Shown here: one piece after another, positions 13,101 to 24,315 of the stretch | Position numbering within the stretch: the stretch's first letter is position 1 | Layout: each line of letters begins with the position of its first letter | Origin: Phoronis australis | Taxonomy: Eukaryota > Animalia > Phoronida | DNA length: 64,000 nt | Assembly: GCA_002633005.1 (NCBI GenBank) | Contig: NMRA01000329.1 | Coordinates: 85,219 to 149,218 of the forward strand | Direction of reading: 5' to 3' | Made by a program: the position numbers and the translations under genes | Notes under the pieces: generated by a model | The model's input: the letters and a program-made list of their open reading frames with translations, nothing else | The model's database searches: none | What the model was told of the DNA's origin: nothing

Positions 13101-16100
13101 AAGTCAGCAACGCGTCAGAAGTCGATCAGGTCTTGGTGAACAGTCGTTCAGCACCACCTGCAGACCCCAAGTAAAGCAGACGGGAGTTTTCAACCAACTG
13201 TTATCAACAGCGTTTTAACATCTTTCCAGCTGTGATAATACCAACAAAATCTTGAATACTGCTGTGCGGTGGGATGTACATGTACCAATACCTTAAGGAG
13301 AAAGACAAACCTTTTAAAACATCAACTGATCAGCAAATACTTCCTGTTCCATACATTTCGCACAGTTAAGATGAATTAGTGAACTTTAAAGTAATCAAAC
13401 ATTGGGAGGTTCTGACAGTGGTATTTATTGCTCAGCTTTTCAATGAACCCTTATGTAGTAAATGAGTTTCTGTCCACCAAATCTGAGCAGAGATCAACCG
13501 GAAGTAACGTACGTGCTCTCATTACTCTAGAGAGCGCTAGTATGAATAGTCCTCTGCTTGTTATGGCGGATGATTTTAGCCACTGATCGCTGATGCAGTA
13601 TCATGAACATCAGAGTACACTGCACTTCTATGTAACCAATTTTAATGTCAGGCTTTGGAACACGTCTTTAAGGAACTGTATTGTCGGCACTAGAACACTA
13701 GATATACGATGGCTTGAAACAACACTGTTGATTATCAACGACTGTCGCGATGTCTGTTATGGGTTATTGTAGGACCAGTATGAGTTCATATACAATGCCA
13801 TTTTGGAATACCTGCAAAGCGGAGAGACGTTTATTCCTACCGCCAAGTTTGACAGCAGCTTTGAAACGTTATTGGAAAACTCAGAAAATGGAAAAAGGCC
13901 CATTGAACAGGAATACGACGTAAGTTTGTTACTCTTGTCCTTCCTGGAATTGTCAATCGAATATTTACGCTTCATTGAGTCATAACATTCGTACAATTAC
14001 ATACATTTTGAGCTGATATTTAATAAATCAGGAATTTTTTGTTTACAAAAATGCACATTCTTTTCTAGACTTTGAGGCGTCTGTGTCCTTCGCTGCCTGC
14101 CGATGAATGTGTAACTGCTTCATTACCGGAGAACGTAGGCAAAAATCGCCGTTCAGATGTACTGCCAAGTATGTTCTCAACAATGATTAGTTTATGACTT
14201 ATATTCTTTAGTAAGCTGTGTGTTGAGATAGGTTTACAATATCTAAGACTGCCTCTATTGCCGTCTCACGTTATATCAAAACTCGCACTCTCTTGTAAAA
14301 GTTCTTTCACACAACTTCGATGCACCTTATATAGGCATTTGATTCAGATTCGCTGGGTTTATTTTGATGAAAAAAATAGTATTTAAGTGCAGGTGTAGTA
14401 TCATTAATGAGTACCGTTTTGAATAGGAACGAATGTAGTCCACTCACCATATATTGGTAGCAGCAACGTATTAGAGCATACATATGCTGGACGTTCATAC
14501 TTTTACATACAACAGACACTGCTAAATAAGGCCATGTTTACTAGGTGACCGGGCAAGACCAGTTCTCATGTCACGGGGCAAAGGTAAAAGCACAGACTAC
14601 ATCAACGCTGTGTTTGTCAATGTAAGTCATCTAAAAAGCTTTTTGACATTGTGTACATTAAACTATTTTAATCAACATTAATTGTAAATTTCTGATCTTG
14701 ACTTGTTACTGGATGCAGTGTATTGCTGATAATTTAGTCAATCGGTAGTAGCTCAGAGATTAGTATGTCACATGCACAACAAAATACATTCAAAACCGAG
14801 ATAAGATTTTACAGATTTGATTCTAGTGCCCAGCATAGGTCTTCCTCAAGAAACTATAATCGGAAGATCGTAAAAAACTGACTTTCGATTTAAACCACGC
14901 ACTGATCTTAACATGTCTGTTGCTCAGATTAAACGTGATTTTTGGCTTATCAATGAGAAAAACCGACAATTTATTATAGTGCGCTATACTTAATAAGCTG
15001 GCTAAAAACGGCGGGTCCTTTTATGAGCTTTAGTTCACCTGACCCAAGTTCTGGTAAGGATTTAAACTTTAGTTAATACCAGTTTTGCGACTACATGTGG
15101 TCTAAACCAAAAGTTAATCTTTTGTCAGAAGGCAACACATAGGAGTTTTAGATTTACCACGCCTTCACCGCAAAGGGAGAGCTTACACGACGTGTTTTAC
15201 AGGGTTACCGACATCGAGATGAGTTCTTGGCGACACAGATTCCACTTCCGAGTACAGTAGCAGACTTTTGGCGTATGATGTTTGACCACGACTGTCACAT
15301 AATCGTCTGCTTGAGTGACTGGAGCGAATCAGACGACGTAAGTAACAATCTGTGGCTATCTGTACAAAGACTTTTGCGACAAACGTTGTCGTCTTCCGAA
15401 ACATGTACATTACCTGTGTTCGGCTGCCTGTCCTTATGTGGATCGGTACACGTATTTATTCATGCCTGTGATTTTGAAAGCAAAAATAAACATGTAAGCC
15501 AACCATATCCTCATGAAGATACTGATACACAGTGAAGTGTTACAAAATTGGATCAGGTAATAGTGTTGTTGATTATAATGATGGCGTGTTGACAAGAAAT
15601 CCACACCTCAGTGACATCAGGTGGAGTAGTAAAGAGAGAGATAATATCAAACGACAAAACGAGTGCAACGATGACTACGTCTCTACCAGGCCATCACGTT
15701 AGGCCATGAAGACTTACATGTAGATAACGGGTTGAATAGATTTATAATTATCCTGATATCAACATATTAGACAATTTCTTCGCACAAATCAAGTTCTGAC
15801 AGAGAAAAAAAGATAAGTATTACACCACTCACAGCCCTTTGCAGGCAAACGGTTTAGCGTTTCCAGACACAAACACAGCATGTCGACCCCTTTTGAACTT
15901 AACGTCCCGTTTTGTTAAACTTAATATTCAAGACGGTAGCTGATTAATATTTTGGTAGTGTGGTTTAAGCCAACTCTTTTTTCAGTATATCATTGACGGT
16001 ACATGTGAATGTCTACACTGTACATACATGTATATGCCTTGACAGCGGCGAGTTAAAGGCAGCAAGGGCGACGACTTGCCTGATGCTCAATCAAACGGAT

Positions 16101-19100
16101 AAGACATATATTTAAGTCACCTCGTACACTTTCATTTAGGCCCGTTACTACCAAATTTTACTCTCACATTAATCTGAAAATTGACGAATTGCGTGCAAGA
16201 CTTCCAGTAAATTTTCAATTTTCACCCAATGTGATAGGTCTGTTTGTGTAGTCACGTACATTGAAGTGTGTCCCAATATTATTCAGCAAATCTGATATTT
16301 TGCGAGGCTGGTGCGAGTGAGAAAGAACAGTCGTGCTGGAGACAGACGGTGCAGTGCAGATAAAATTATATTTTGTTTGCAACTTTTTGTTCAAATCAGG
16401 TTATAAACTGCGATGTGGGATGGACATTTGTTTCAGTTAGGAGCAAAATAGACATATGACATTTAACGACGCCAGACAAACCCAGCCAAATTTGTATATC
16501 TGTTGAGCATAATTTTGTGTTCAAATAATATCTCGTCAGCCTAGTTAAAAAAATATTTGGAGAATTAGATCGGTTTCATCTACTAAACCAGTGATCTCCC
16601 GGCGAGACTATGTTAAGTTACATTTCATAACGTGGTGCCCGTTTCCTGAAACTTCTACTGTCTTGATTTAATAGACCTAAATGATAATGTATACTATGAT
16701 TCCATTTCAGTTGACATTTGTAACCGAGTCCAAGAAATATTTTACCAATGTCCACTGTATGTCTATCAGTGGTTACTTGTACCTCAGGAAAAGATTTGGT
16801 GCAATGAATGTATCTTTTGCTTATACTGGTGATGGTAGGGCTGAAACGGGAGTTCCAACTGAGATAGATCGAATATGAGACAACATACCTACTAGTTAAC
16901 CACAAATGCTACTACGTAAGTTCTGAGAACAGATTGGTGTTGTAATTTACATAATTGATACAGTGACGTCCAAGCTGGAGAAAATATCATTTCCAGTTTC
17001 CTCCATTCCAGACATGGGGACGCTACTGGCCAGAGAACGGGACTGCTCAATACGGACAATATGGAGTTGAACTCGTGTCCACGAGAACTGAACATAATGG
17101 TTACATTGTGATCAGTACAATGAATCTTCATCCAGTAAAGAAGGTAAGGGTTCATACAGCTAATTTCTGTATGTTTATGGAGTTGCATGGGCGTATCCAG
17201 GATTCTGAGTTGGGGGAGGGGTAGGGCAGGTATTAGCCAAGAATTTGTCCGTCAGACATTCGCACCCCCGTAGTGCCAAATGGCCCCTTGCCCTCCTTCC
17301 TCCTAAATCTGCCACTCAGTTGTTCATTGACAGTGGTTGTGAAACGCTATCCATTGTGGTACTTGATATAAAGCACATTTTTAGATATGGCCGTCCTTAA
17401 AGCTTGGGTTTTCCGCCACTTGAAACTGTTTACTGGACGTTTCAGCCTCGCCATAAATCTCCGATGACATGATCAAACGATATTACAAAAGTAGTGAGTG
17501 TCTTTGCATCAGCAATTGTGGGTTTAGAATCTGGATAGTGATCACATTCTGAGCTACTTAATCAGTTGACCGGACGGTGCACCGCGGCGTACTGGACTCA
17601 CCAATGGACCTAAATGCACGTCTTGCTTACCGATGCCCTTCCATGAAATCTGATGCATATTTTTCCCATTGACGCAGCTCACTTCCGTTTTGCGGGATTT
17701 CGGCCAGTGCATTGGAAAGTGTATTGTAAGGGTAGTTGAGATGGGCAAGCGCCATAAGTTATGGATCACCACCAAACTTTTGGAATAATGAAGACAATTA
17801 TGCATCACATAAGGTTTTTGATTTACGGTACAATTCAGACACGTGGTAAGATTTTATATATTTTAAGTTTTCATCGCATTTAAGGGATTTTCTACCATCT
17901 GCCACCATTGCTCAACAATAATTACGTAGGCAAATCCAACTAACTGTGTGTACCTGATTTCGCGTGACGTAATAACAATAACTGAAGCTTTGATTGGCCA
18001 ATAATAATAAGTGAGATCACGAATGTGATTAGTAGTTGTCGCTGTTTTATTCCTACTCTGGTCTCTGCGGTCTTGTTATACCACAAAGTGGTGGAAAACC
18101 TTGGGGCTTAAAGTCACAGCAGTAAGCAGAGCAAGCTTGAAGCCGTGTTTGACGAATGAGACCAGTGGGGCTGAAGTCACATTTGGCGAGGTAGGACGGA
18201 AGATGTGCGAAACAGATCCCATACTGGCTTTGCGTTGGTAGAGGCTCTTTTGAGCACAAGGGCCAAAAAAACTCTCATTGCGTACACCTTCTGCATCGTT
18301 TTGCAGTTGTGACTCGGGAAAAGGGTGTGGAAAATGTAAAGAAAACACATTTCCTAGCTATCTGTCTATCAAGGGATCATTAAAATATGCCAAATTTATC
18401 TCGATGACTTGTCAACTCGAGGCTTCGCTGGATTACTATTATAAAACAAGTTAAATGATTCGGGTTTACGCGCTAAAATCAACACAAACATGGCAGGAAT
18501 TCGCGCCTAAAATGCTGATCAAGTCAATCTTCGAACTCATAATGAGGGCGTTGCGCTCTGCGGTACAACACACCGAGAAAGCCCCATCAGTTGTTGTAAA
18601 TGAACCACGTAGGAGCCTTTTGGAACGCATATTCATTTCGGGGAAAAGGGGAAGTTTCCGCCAAGAACCCCTGGAATTCCGCGGTATTGGAAAAATAGGA
18701 GGCAGTATGAAAAATCGTAGCCACCCAGCTAGGCAAATCATGCGGTCATGACAGTTTACTGCCTTAGATTTCAGACCCGACTGACGACCGCAGTGGATAC
18801 CTACCTAACGACTGCCAGCAGACCAATGCTGGTCTGGTCAGAATCGGCTAGACAACTGGTCACATTCTCAATGGCAACCAGTCAAACACAAATTGTAACC
18901 TGTCATTTACATGTATGTTGTTTTCAAAATTAGCAGTCATGAGGGGAAACAGTGTTTTGACCGACTTCCTTGATCCTGCACTCTACTACGCTACAATTTT
19001 TAATTTGCAAGGATGCCTCCGGAAAGCCATATCAAGTCATACAAATAGAGTTAAAAGGATGGCCTGTCTACCAACATGTGCCTCATGAAGACGTTCAGGC

Positions 19101-20800
19101 GTCGTTGATTGTCTTGATGGACATTGTAGAAAGATACCAGCAGAAGATCGGAAACAAAACCGTCGTTGTCACGTGTTTGTAAGTTACAGTACGACTTTAG
19201 TATACATTCCCATTTTGCTTTAAGACCTGGATAAATTATACAGTCAATAGATTTGGATGTTCTATGGTATTAAACCCCTTAATCAGCTATCGAAAGTATC
19301 TCGCTTTGGACCTTTGGCCCTTGGTTCCTGTATGGCTATTGATCGTCGATACCTTTCTTATCTGTCCCTGTTGACTAACTACAATATTCGGAAAATTTCG
19401 TTACCGTCATTCCTAAATCTGAAGTAAAATGTTTCAGTCGTGGAAACCAATTTCACAGGAAGTAAGACCTTCTGATGCACAAATATATCAATAGAGCAAT
19501 GTGTACTTAAAAGATAATACATGCAGTCACATTTTTTCAATAAAAGCTGTCCAACTCCGTCTTGGTCGGCTTCACTTTGCATCCACTTCCCATCTTCGCC
19601 TCTACCCTCCGGCCGGTCTCTTCCATTGTTATATGACTGAAACATCCCTGGAGCGTCACAAATTTACATCTTCTGTGAAAACAGTCGCCACCAGGGCTTC
19701 GCTTAGACGCTGTAATTTATCACAGCCACGTCTGCACCCAGCTATGTGCCGATAACCTTAATAAAATGCATTGTCACGGAATGCTTTATTAGTTTATGCA
19801 ATGCCCAAAATTTTTAATAATTGATCACACATGTCTAGGTACAATCGAAAAATCGAAATTAACCACACATCTGTTAATTGTGCGATATTTACATCTTACA
19901 GAGACGGGTTCACCAAGAGTGGCGTATTTTGCTCCTTCGAATACCTCGTATCCAAAATTAAAGTCGAGCAAGGGGTCGATGTGTTTCAGAGCGTTCGCCA
20001 TGTGAGGTATAACAGACCTCAGTTCATCTGCGATCTGGTATGTATTCATGTGCATCCCAAGTACTACAAATTTTGAAATTCCCCTTTGGGTCGACTATAC
20101 GTCGAGGAAGCTGTAATGCAATGTTTGCAGATATTACGGCGCAGCAATAAATGCTATGCAATACATTGTAGGATATAATATATTTAGCAAATGTCTACTG
20201 ATACTTATGTCCTCTAATTGGCAGAAGCGCAGTACGAAGTTCAGTTTTGAGATGATTCACTGTTCAGTGTTGCCGGCTGAACGTCAGATTTCGCCAGTTG
20301 TGGTATGACCAGTAACAAGCTGTAGAAATCCATAGCCGAGTAAACAAAGCGAACTGACGATATCGGTACATCAAAGCAGGAAACAGCATGCAAAGCTAAT
20401 ATTAGAGAATCGAAGCACCTATTCAGTACTTGGTTGTTCAATAAAATGTAGACCGATTCTTTAGGGATAACAGATCATATGGAAATGGGGGGAGCACAGT
20501 TGCCATTGGACATTCAGACTCGGGATCCATCCACAATTATAACATCAATTGATTTGTATTATCATTTTCACTTTAAGTTCCATTAGTAGATTCACACCTC
20601 TGCTGATTACGTGAGATGCCATACGACATCATTATCAAACTATCACTGCTGATCTACATGTAGGTATGCATAACATAGAAAAACAAGTCAGGTGCTTAAA
20701 ATCTGTTTATTTTTTTCCTTTTCAGGAACAGTATACGTTTTTGTATCATATGGCCAAACGGTTCATGGAAATGTTCGAGACTTATGCCAATTTCCAATAA
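1056..20800 (+). CDS. Receptor-type protein tyrosine phosphatase, 3' part (TM + tandem D1/D2 domains), 17 coding exons; ectodomain lies upstream of the window
   Basis: All exons are AG/GT bounded and phase-consistent: 1056-1182, 2185-2231, 5600-5829, 6334-6421, 6730-6843, 7445-7542, 7862-7990, 8389-8534, 11743-11878, 13773-13919, 14069-14168, 14545-14621, 15203-15337, 17012-17143, 19012-19178, 19902-20037, 20726-20800 (TAA). Spliced protein shows the PTP motifs [48 protein letters not shown] and MVQT..QY, then a second degenerate domain. Confidence 0.95.
2185..2231 (+). CDS. RPTP exon: basic stop-transfer segment
   Basis: ttag| [16 protein letters not shown] |gtaagt; phases match both neighbours. 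Confidence 0.8.
3372..5258. mobile_element. Non-autonomous TIR DNA transposon spanning the gap
   Basis: About 52-bp terminal inverted repeats: CAGCCTCGTCTCCAAGCCTCAAGATGGCGCTGATCG-TTTTAGCCATTTGAGG (3372-3423) and CCTCAAATGGCTAAAACCGATAAGCGCCATCTTGGGTCTTGGGGACGAGGCTG (about 5206-5258); no clear TSD. Confidence 0.8.
3673..4142. other. Assembly gap (run of N)
   Basis: 470 consecutive n characters. Confidence 1.
5600..5829 (+). CDS. RPTP exon: juxtamembrane region
   Basis: tgcag| [10 protein letters not shown]...TEYSNV...IMDEYQ |gtaaat. Confidence 0.85.
6334..6421 (+). CDS. RPTP D1 exon (KNRY pTyr-recognition loop)
   Basis: [29 protein letters not shown]; AG/GT ends. Confidence 0.93.
6730..6843 (+). 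CDS. RPTP D1 exon (YINASYID...FIAAQG)
   Basis: [39 protein letters not shown]; AG/GT ends. Confidence 0.95.
7445..7542 (+). CDS. RPTP D1 exon (DFWRMIW)
   Basis: [33 protein letters not shown]; AG/GT ends. Confidence 0.95.
7862..7990 (+). CDS. RPTP D1 exon (KCxxYWP)
   Basis: [19 protein letters not shown]...KIVNLK; AG/GT ends. Confidence 0.93.
8389..8534 (+). CDS. RPTP D1 exon (WPD loop, catalytic Cys)
   Basis: [13 protein letters not shown]...SPAVIHC(S); AG/GT ends. Confidence 0.95.
8848..10973. mobile_element. Non-autonomous DNA transposon with 5-bp TSD in the RPTP catalytic-motif intron
   Basis: Ends CAGGGCCGTAGGAA and TTCCTACAGGCCCG (imperfect TIR); AAGCG flanks both sides (8843-8847, 10974-10978). 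Confidence 0.6.
9560..10320. repeat. Diverged tandem duplication, period about 375 bp
   Basis: GTTGGTTT(T/C)TGATTTACATGTTT at about 9576 and 9951; colinear blocks ATTGATGAA and TCACAATTCAAATG(A/G)CAATA occur in both units. Confidence 0.75.
11282..11694. repeat. Long imperfect inverted repeat (arms about 125 bp, spacer about 160 bp)
   Basis: AAAACCGTACCTTGATGTA...TTAGTTCACCAC...CCCTCTGTCG...AGAATAAAACAAT versus ATTGTTTTATTCT..CGACAGAGGG..GTGGTGAACTAA...TACATCAAGGCACGGTTTT. Confidence 0.9.
11743..11878 (+). CDS. RPTP D1 exon (P-loop AGIGRTG, Q-loop)
   Basis: [14 protein letters not shown]...[12 protein letters not shown]; AG/GT ends. Confidence 0.95.
13773..13919 (+). CDS. RPTP exon: D1 end and D1-D2 linker
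   Basis: [19 protein letters not shown]...IEQEYD; AG/GT ends. Confidence 0.93.
14069..14168 (+). CDS. RPTP D2 exon (KNRR)
   Basis: [33 protein letters not shown]; AG/GT ends. Confidence 0.9.
14545..14621 (+). CDS. RPTP D2 exon (DYINAVFV)
   Basis: [26 protein letters not shown]; AG/GT ends. Confidence 0.92.
15203..15337 (+). CDS. RPTP D2 exon ([15 protein letters not shown])
   Basis: [37 protein letters not shown]; AG/GT ends. Confidence 0.93.
17012..17143 (+). CDS. RPTP D2 exon (YWP)
   Basis: [23 protein letters not shown]...HPVKK; AG/GT ends. Confidence 0.88.
17186..17317. mobile_element. MITE with 5-bp TSD
   Basis: AGTTG|CATGGGCGTATCCAGGA...CCTAAATCTGCCACTC|AGTTG; G-tract near the left end, C-tract near the right end. 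Confidence 0.75.
19012..19178 (+). CDS. RPTP D2 exon (degenerate WPD loop, VVVTC)
   Basis: [18 protein letters not shown]...KTVVVTC; AG/GT ends. Confidence 0.9.
19902..20037 (+). CDS. RPTP D2 exon (degenerate P-loop, VDVFQ)
   Basis: [11 protein letters not shown]...[21 protein letters not shown]; AG/GT ends. Confidence 0.93.
20726..20800 (+). CDS. RPTP terminal coding exon
   Basis: ttttcag| [24 protein letters not shown]. Confidence 0.93.
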   Translation, partial: EQYTFLYHMAKRFMEMFETYANFQ

Positions 20801-22958
20801 TTTCTGAGTGCGATGGTGTGTTGCGACCAGCATGCAGATGTGTATAAGCTTACACGTGTACAAGGAGAGGCGGCATTTGTATTTGACTATGAAGGTCATC
20901 TCTTCAACAGAATTGCAAAGGAAAGTGATGCTCTGCATGCACTGCTGATATATATCGAAATCATTAGAACGTGTGTATTTTAGCGATACTTTTTCATTTA
21001 TTCATAGATTATGGACAACAGATTTGCAACTCTGAAATTTGCTTGAGTACAATCCTAGAGGAGGCGCCGCTCTTTTAAATTGGCCCATTTCATTTTTCGG
21101 TTAGTGTATTGTGACGGGAAATTTTCGCATCTATTTTACTGTCCATTACCACGAAAAGAATAATTTCGGCATTGAAGCGCTGTTCAAAGTCTTTCAATAA
21201 TAGAATTGTTGGTATCGTGAGTACTTTTGGAACCTGACCACAAAACAGCCGACTATGATTAGCAGACGACCTACTTGCCGGAAACTAATTGTGACGGGTG
21301 TTGCTAACGAATAATGACGTCACGGCTTACATGTATGCCTAAGATCACAGGTTTCGTCCATTGAAAATATACGGAGTTGGCTGTCCATGCACTATAGTCT
21401 ATGATTTAATCAAGTGATGTTGAAAGCTACACTCGACATACAGGTTATTACCACACTAGCTTCTTCGGAACCGAGCTTTCTCAGAGTCCTCTCATACACT
21501 AGGGAAAGACACAAGCTCTTGTACAGACATTCGTTGTTACTCCTGCGGGATATTCTTTACGAAAACTAGGAATACACAAACACATAAACACATAATGCGC
21601 ATTCAATACCGTATCTTAGACCGGAGGATCCATCATCGTCAAATGAAAGAAATCTAAAACAACTGGCGCTGGAACGGCGTGAACACTACAACTAGCAGAG
21701 ACCTCCTTTGGATATTTCAAATAACAAAAACGATTAAGTATACATGTGCAATTTGAGGATACGTTCGTGTCCCGTTTCTTGGCGGTTTAGACTCGAGCTC
21801 TCAAGCAGGACCACGTCAATCTTAACATATCTAATAGAAATGTGCCCAACAAGCTGTTACAACTTGTATCTATACAAGAGCGTGTGTCTATTTGAGTGTG
21901 TGAGAGCCTGAGAAAGCTGGAATCTGCAGACCAAATGTAGTGTAACACAACTTGTTTATTCTTTTTCTGGATATATTAACAAGTTCACCCAACATACAGT
22001 ACCGTAATCAAACTACATATTATATGTAGTGTTTCAAAATGCATGAGCTTGAAATTAAGATATAGTTTCAATATTCCGTTATATCGATACCGTCGTATTT
22101 ATATTATGCACTTAGAAACACTTAGCCCGAGCAATCAATGCCATGAGTTGCATTACGCTATCAAAATTTTGCACCGCTGTTCTCACATCTTATTATTTTT
22201 TTAGGATAAGGTTAAGCAAAAAGGCAAAATCGGTTCTAGTCTTTACTCCGACTCGAAACCTGCGCTTACCGACCAAAAGAAAAGTGCGACGTCCCTATCA
22301 ATTTCAGCTAAGGTTTCGTTTTTTGAAAAGCTGTAATGAGGCATTAGTAAACAAGGCAAGGTTTGGAATGCCCTGATTAGCCAAGCGATGATTAAAAAAC
22401 ATACAAAAAACAAAACCCTGAACCCCTTAGCTCATCCCAGGTGGATTTCCAAAGACGAATAACTAAAAATATGCATCAGTACAGATTCTATATTCAAAAA
22501 AGAGACCAGAACCAGTTATGCTTTTCGACCGGTAGTTATACTGTATTTTAATTTTGGTTAGATCCTAATGTTGTCACGTGAGTTTGAAGCGTTTATGTCA
22601 TTGAACATGATTACCAGCCACGGCAGGAAAGAGGCATGTGATAAAGGTGGCCACTTATGAGAGTAGACAATCCTCCTTCACTGACCAAATGGTTATTCTT
22701 AAGGTTCTCACAATAGTTTGGCTCGTTCTCAAACGAGATGTAGACCTGAATCTATTTGGCGACCTTCACGTCGCCAACGCGACCTGGGAATTTGTTTGTC
22801 GACCTGGTAAAAATCCCAAGTCACCACGCACCCAACCGAGCACACATCCACTACCGGAAGTAAACAGACGGAAGTCGGAATCCTTGTGCAAAAATCGGAA
22901 GACCCCTTCATAATTTATGCACGGGAGCGAGCGTCAAATGCCTGTCTCAACCTTAGGA

Positions 22959-23029
22959 CATGGGCAACGCAGCACTGAAATAAGGGGGGGGGGGGTATAG
23001 CCCCATCCCCCTATGGTGTGCACACCATG
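22959..23029. mobile_element. About 70-bp mini-MITE with 5-bp TSD
   Basis: TAGGA|CATGGGCAACGCAGCACTGAAA...TATAGCCCC...CACCATG|TAGGA. Confidence 0.75.
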
Positions 23030-24272
23030 TAGGAGCTGATCTTGCTTAGGATGTTGCGCTGACCAAGCGATTACTGGTGGCTCGGCGGACATTTGTTGGG
23101 TTAACCTTCTCTTCATTTCATGTATCTCCTTTTAATTATTTCATTTGCGGCTATTATAATGACCAGGGCTTTCGCAACCCATCATCTGGGATTTGATTAT
23201 TTTGGTGACATTCGAATATTGCCAGGTCGCGTTGGCGAGTTGACGTTATGCTGACCGTCGAGCCCTGATTGTGAAAACAATTCTTTCTTACAAATACATT
23301 TCTTTAATCGTCAACCGTATATGCTCCCAGACAGATTTGATACTTCACACTTAGAAAGATTGTTTCACACGTCCTCCATTGAGGCCGAAATTACTCTCAA
23401 CCGTTTACGTTAAAAAACCCGGCAGGATTAGGGTTTGCTTGCTCCCGAAGTATCTGCTTTGTTTTTTTTATTTTTTACCTTTTTAGTGTATTTTCTTTCA
23501 TTAACTGATACAATTGTTCTTTTCACGCTCTGCCATTTTGTTTAATTGTCTCTGAGATTGTCGTGACATTTTTGCTCCTTATCAGCATCGACGTGTCCAG
23601 AAGTATGTGTATTTCGCAGTGGTTGAGCAGTGACCCAGGGTGGATTTTGCAACGAAAAGCGGGGGCAGTAAATAGGAAGCCAGAACCCCATGTGTCCACT
23701 GTGGATACGCCAGCGCTTTGCCTTGTGTCTTGTTTAGCTCGTGTTTTATTTCAATTTGCATTTTCAAAATGAATTACCTATCTGTAACACTATGGTGTAT
23801 TTCATGCATTACTGCGTAAATATTGAATTATAGAAAATGGTTAGAACATTAACATCAAAACTGAAATTTTAATCAAACTCTATGTAACTAAGAGTAAAAC
23901 GGGACATGTTGCTGTGAGGTTATCAACATATTTTGAATAATTGTCTACAAATTAAGATATACATGTACGTAAGGCCCTACTTAATAGACTGGCATTTTTA
24001 TTGTGATTCTTGTCTCAGCATAGTGATGGAAGGTGTCATGACATTCTATACTTAAGCATGTAATTAACACAATCCGTTGATAGAAACCTCCGCATGCCTT
24101 GGCATAGTTTCGCCACCAGGTAGACAAAACGTAAATCTGCAATGTAATACACATATTCTTTAATTCTCCAATATGATTTAGACTACAATAACTTTTGTTC
24201 CTTTCCATATAACTTCGACGCTTCGATGCAGTAAGACAGCAACACATCCTAATAACTCTCGTGACATCGAAG

Positions 24273-24315
24273 TTAACTGTCAAATCCCACCAAAGAGTCG
24301 ACTCGGCTTTTAAAC
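24273..24315 (-). CDS. Lipase A putative terminal exon
   Basis: atgcag| TFKSRVDSLVGFDS*; phase matches; AATAAA on the minus strand near 23997-24002. Confidence 0.5.

Noticed and set aside
18053-18751. Cluster of overlapping ORFs, one with a THAP-like 'VFSLHF' string
   Set aside because: No CxxxxC, W or other THAP residues could be assembled in frame; possibly a repeat relic, but unsupported.
20801-24272. Possible overlapping 3' UTRs of the convergent RPTP and lipase A genes
   Set aside because: Poly(A) sites cannot be fixed from sequence alone, and the 3.5-kb gap is enough for separate UTRs.
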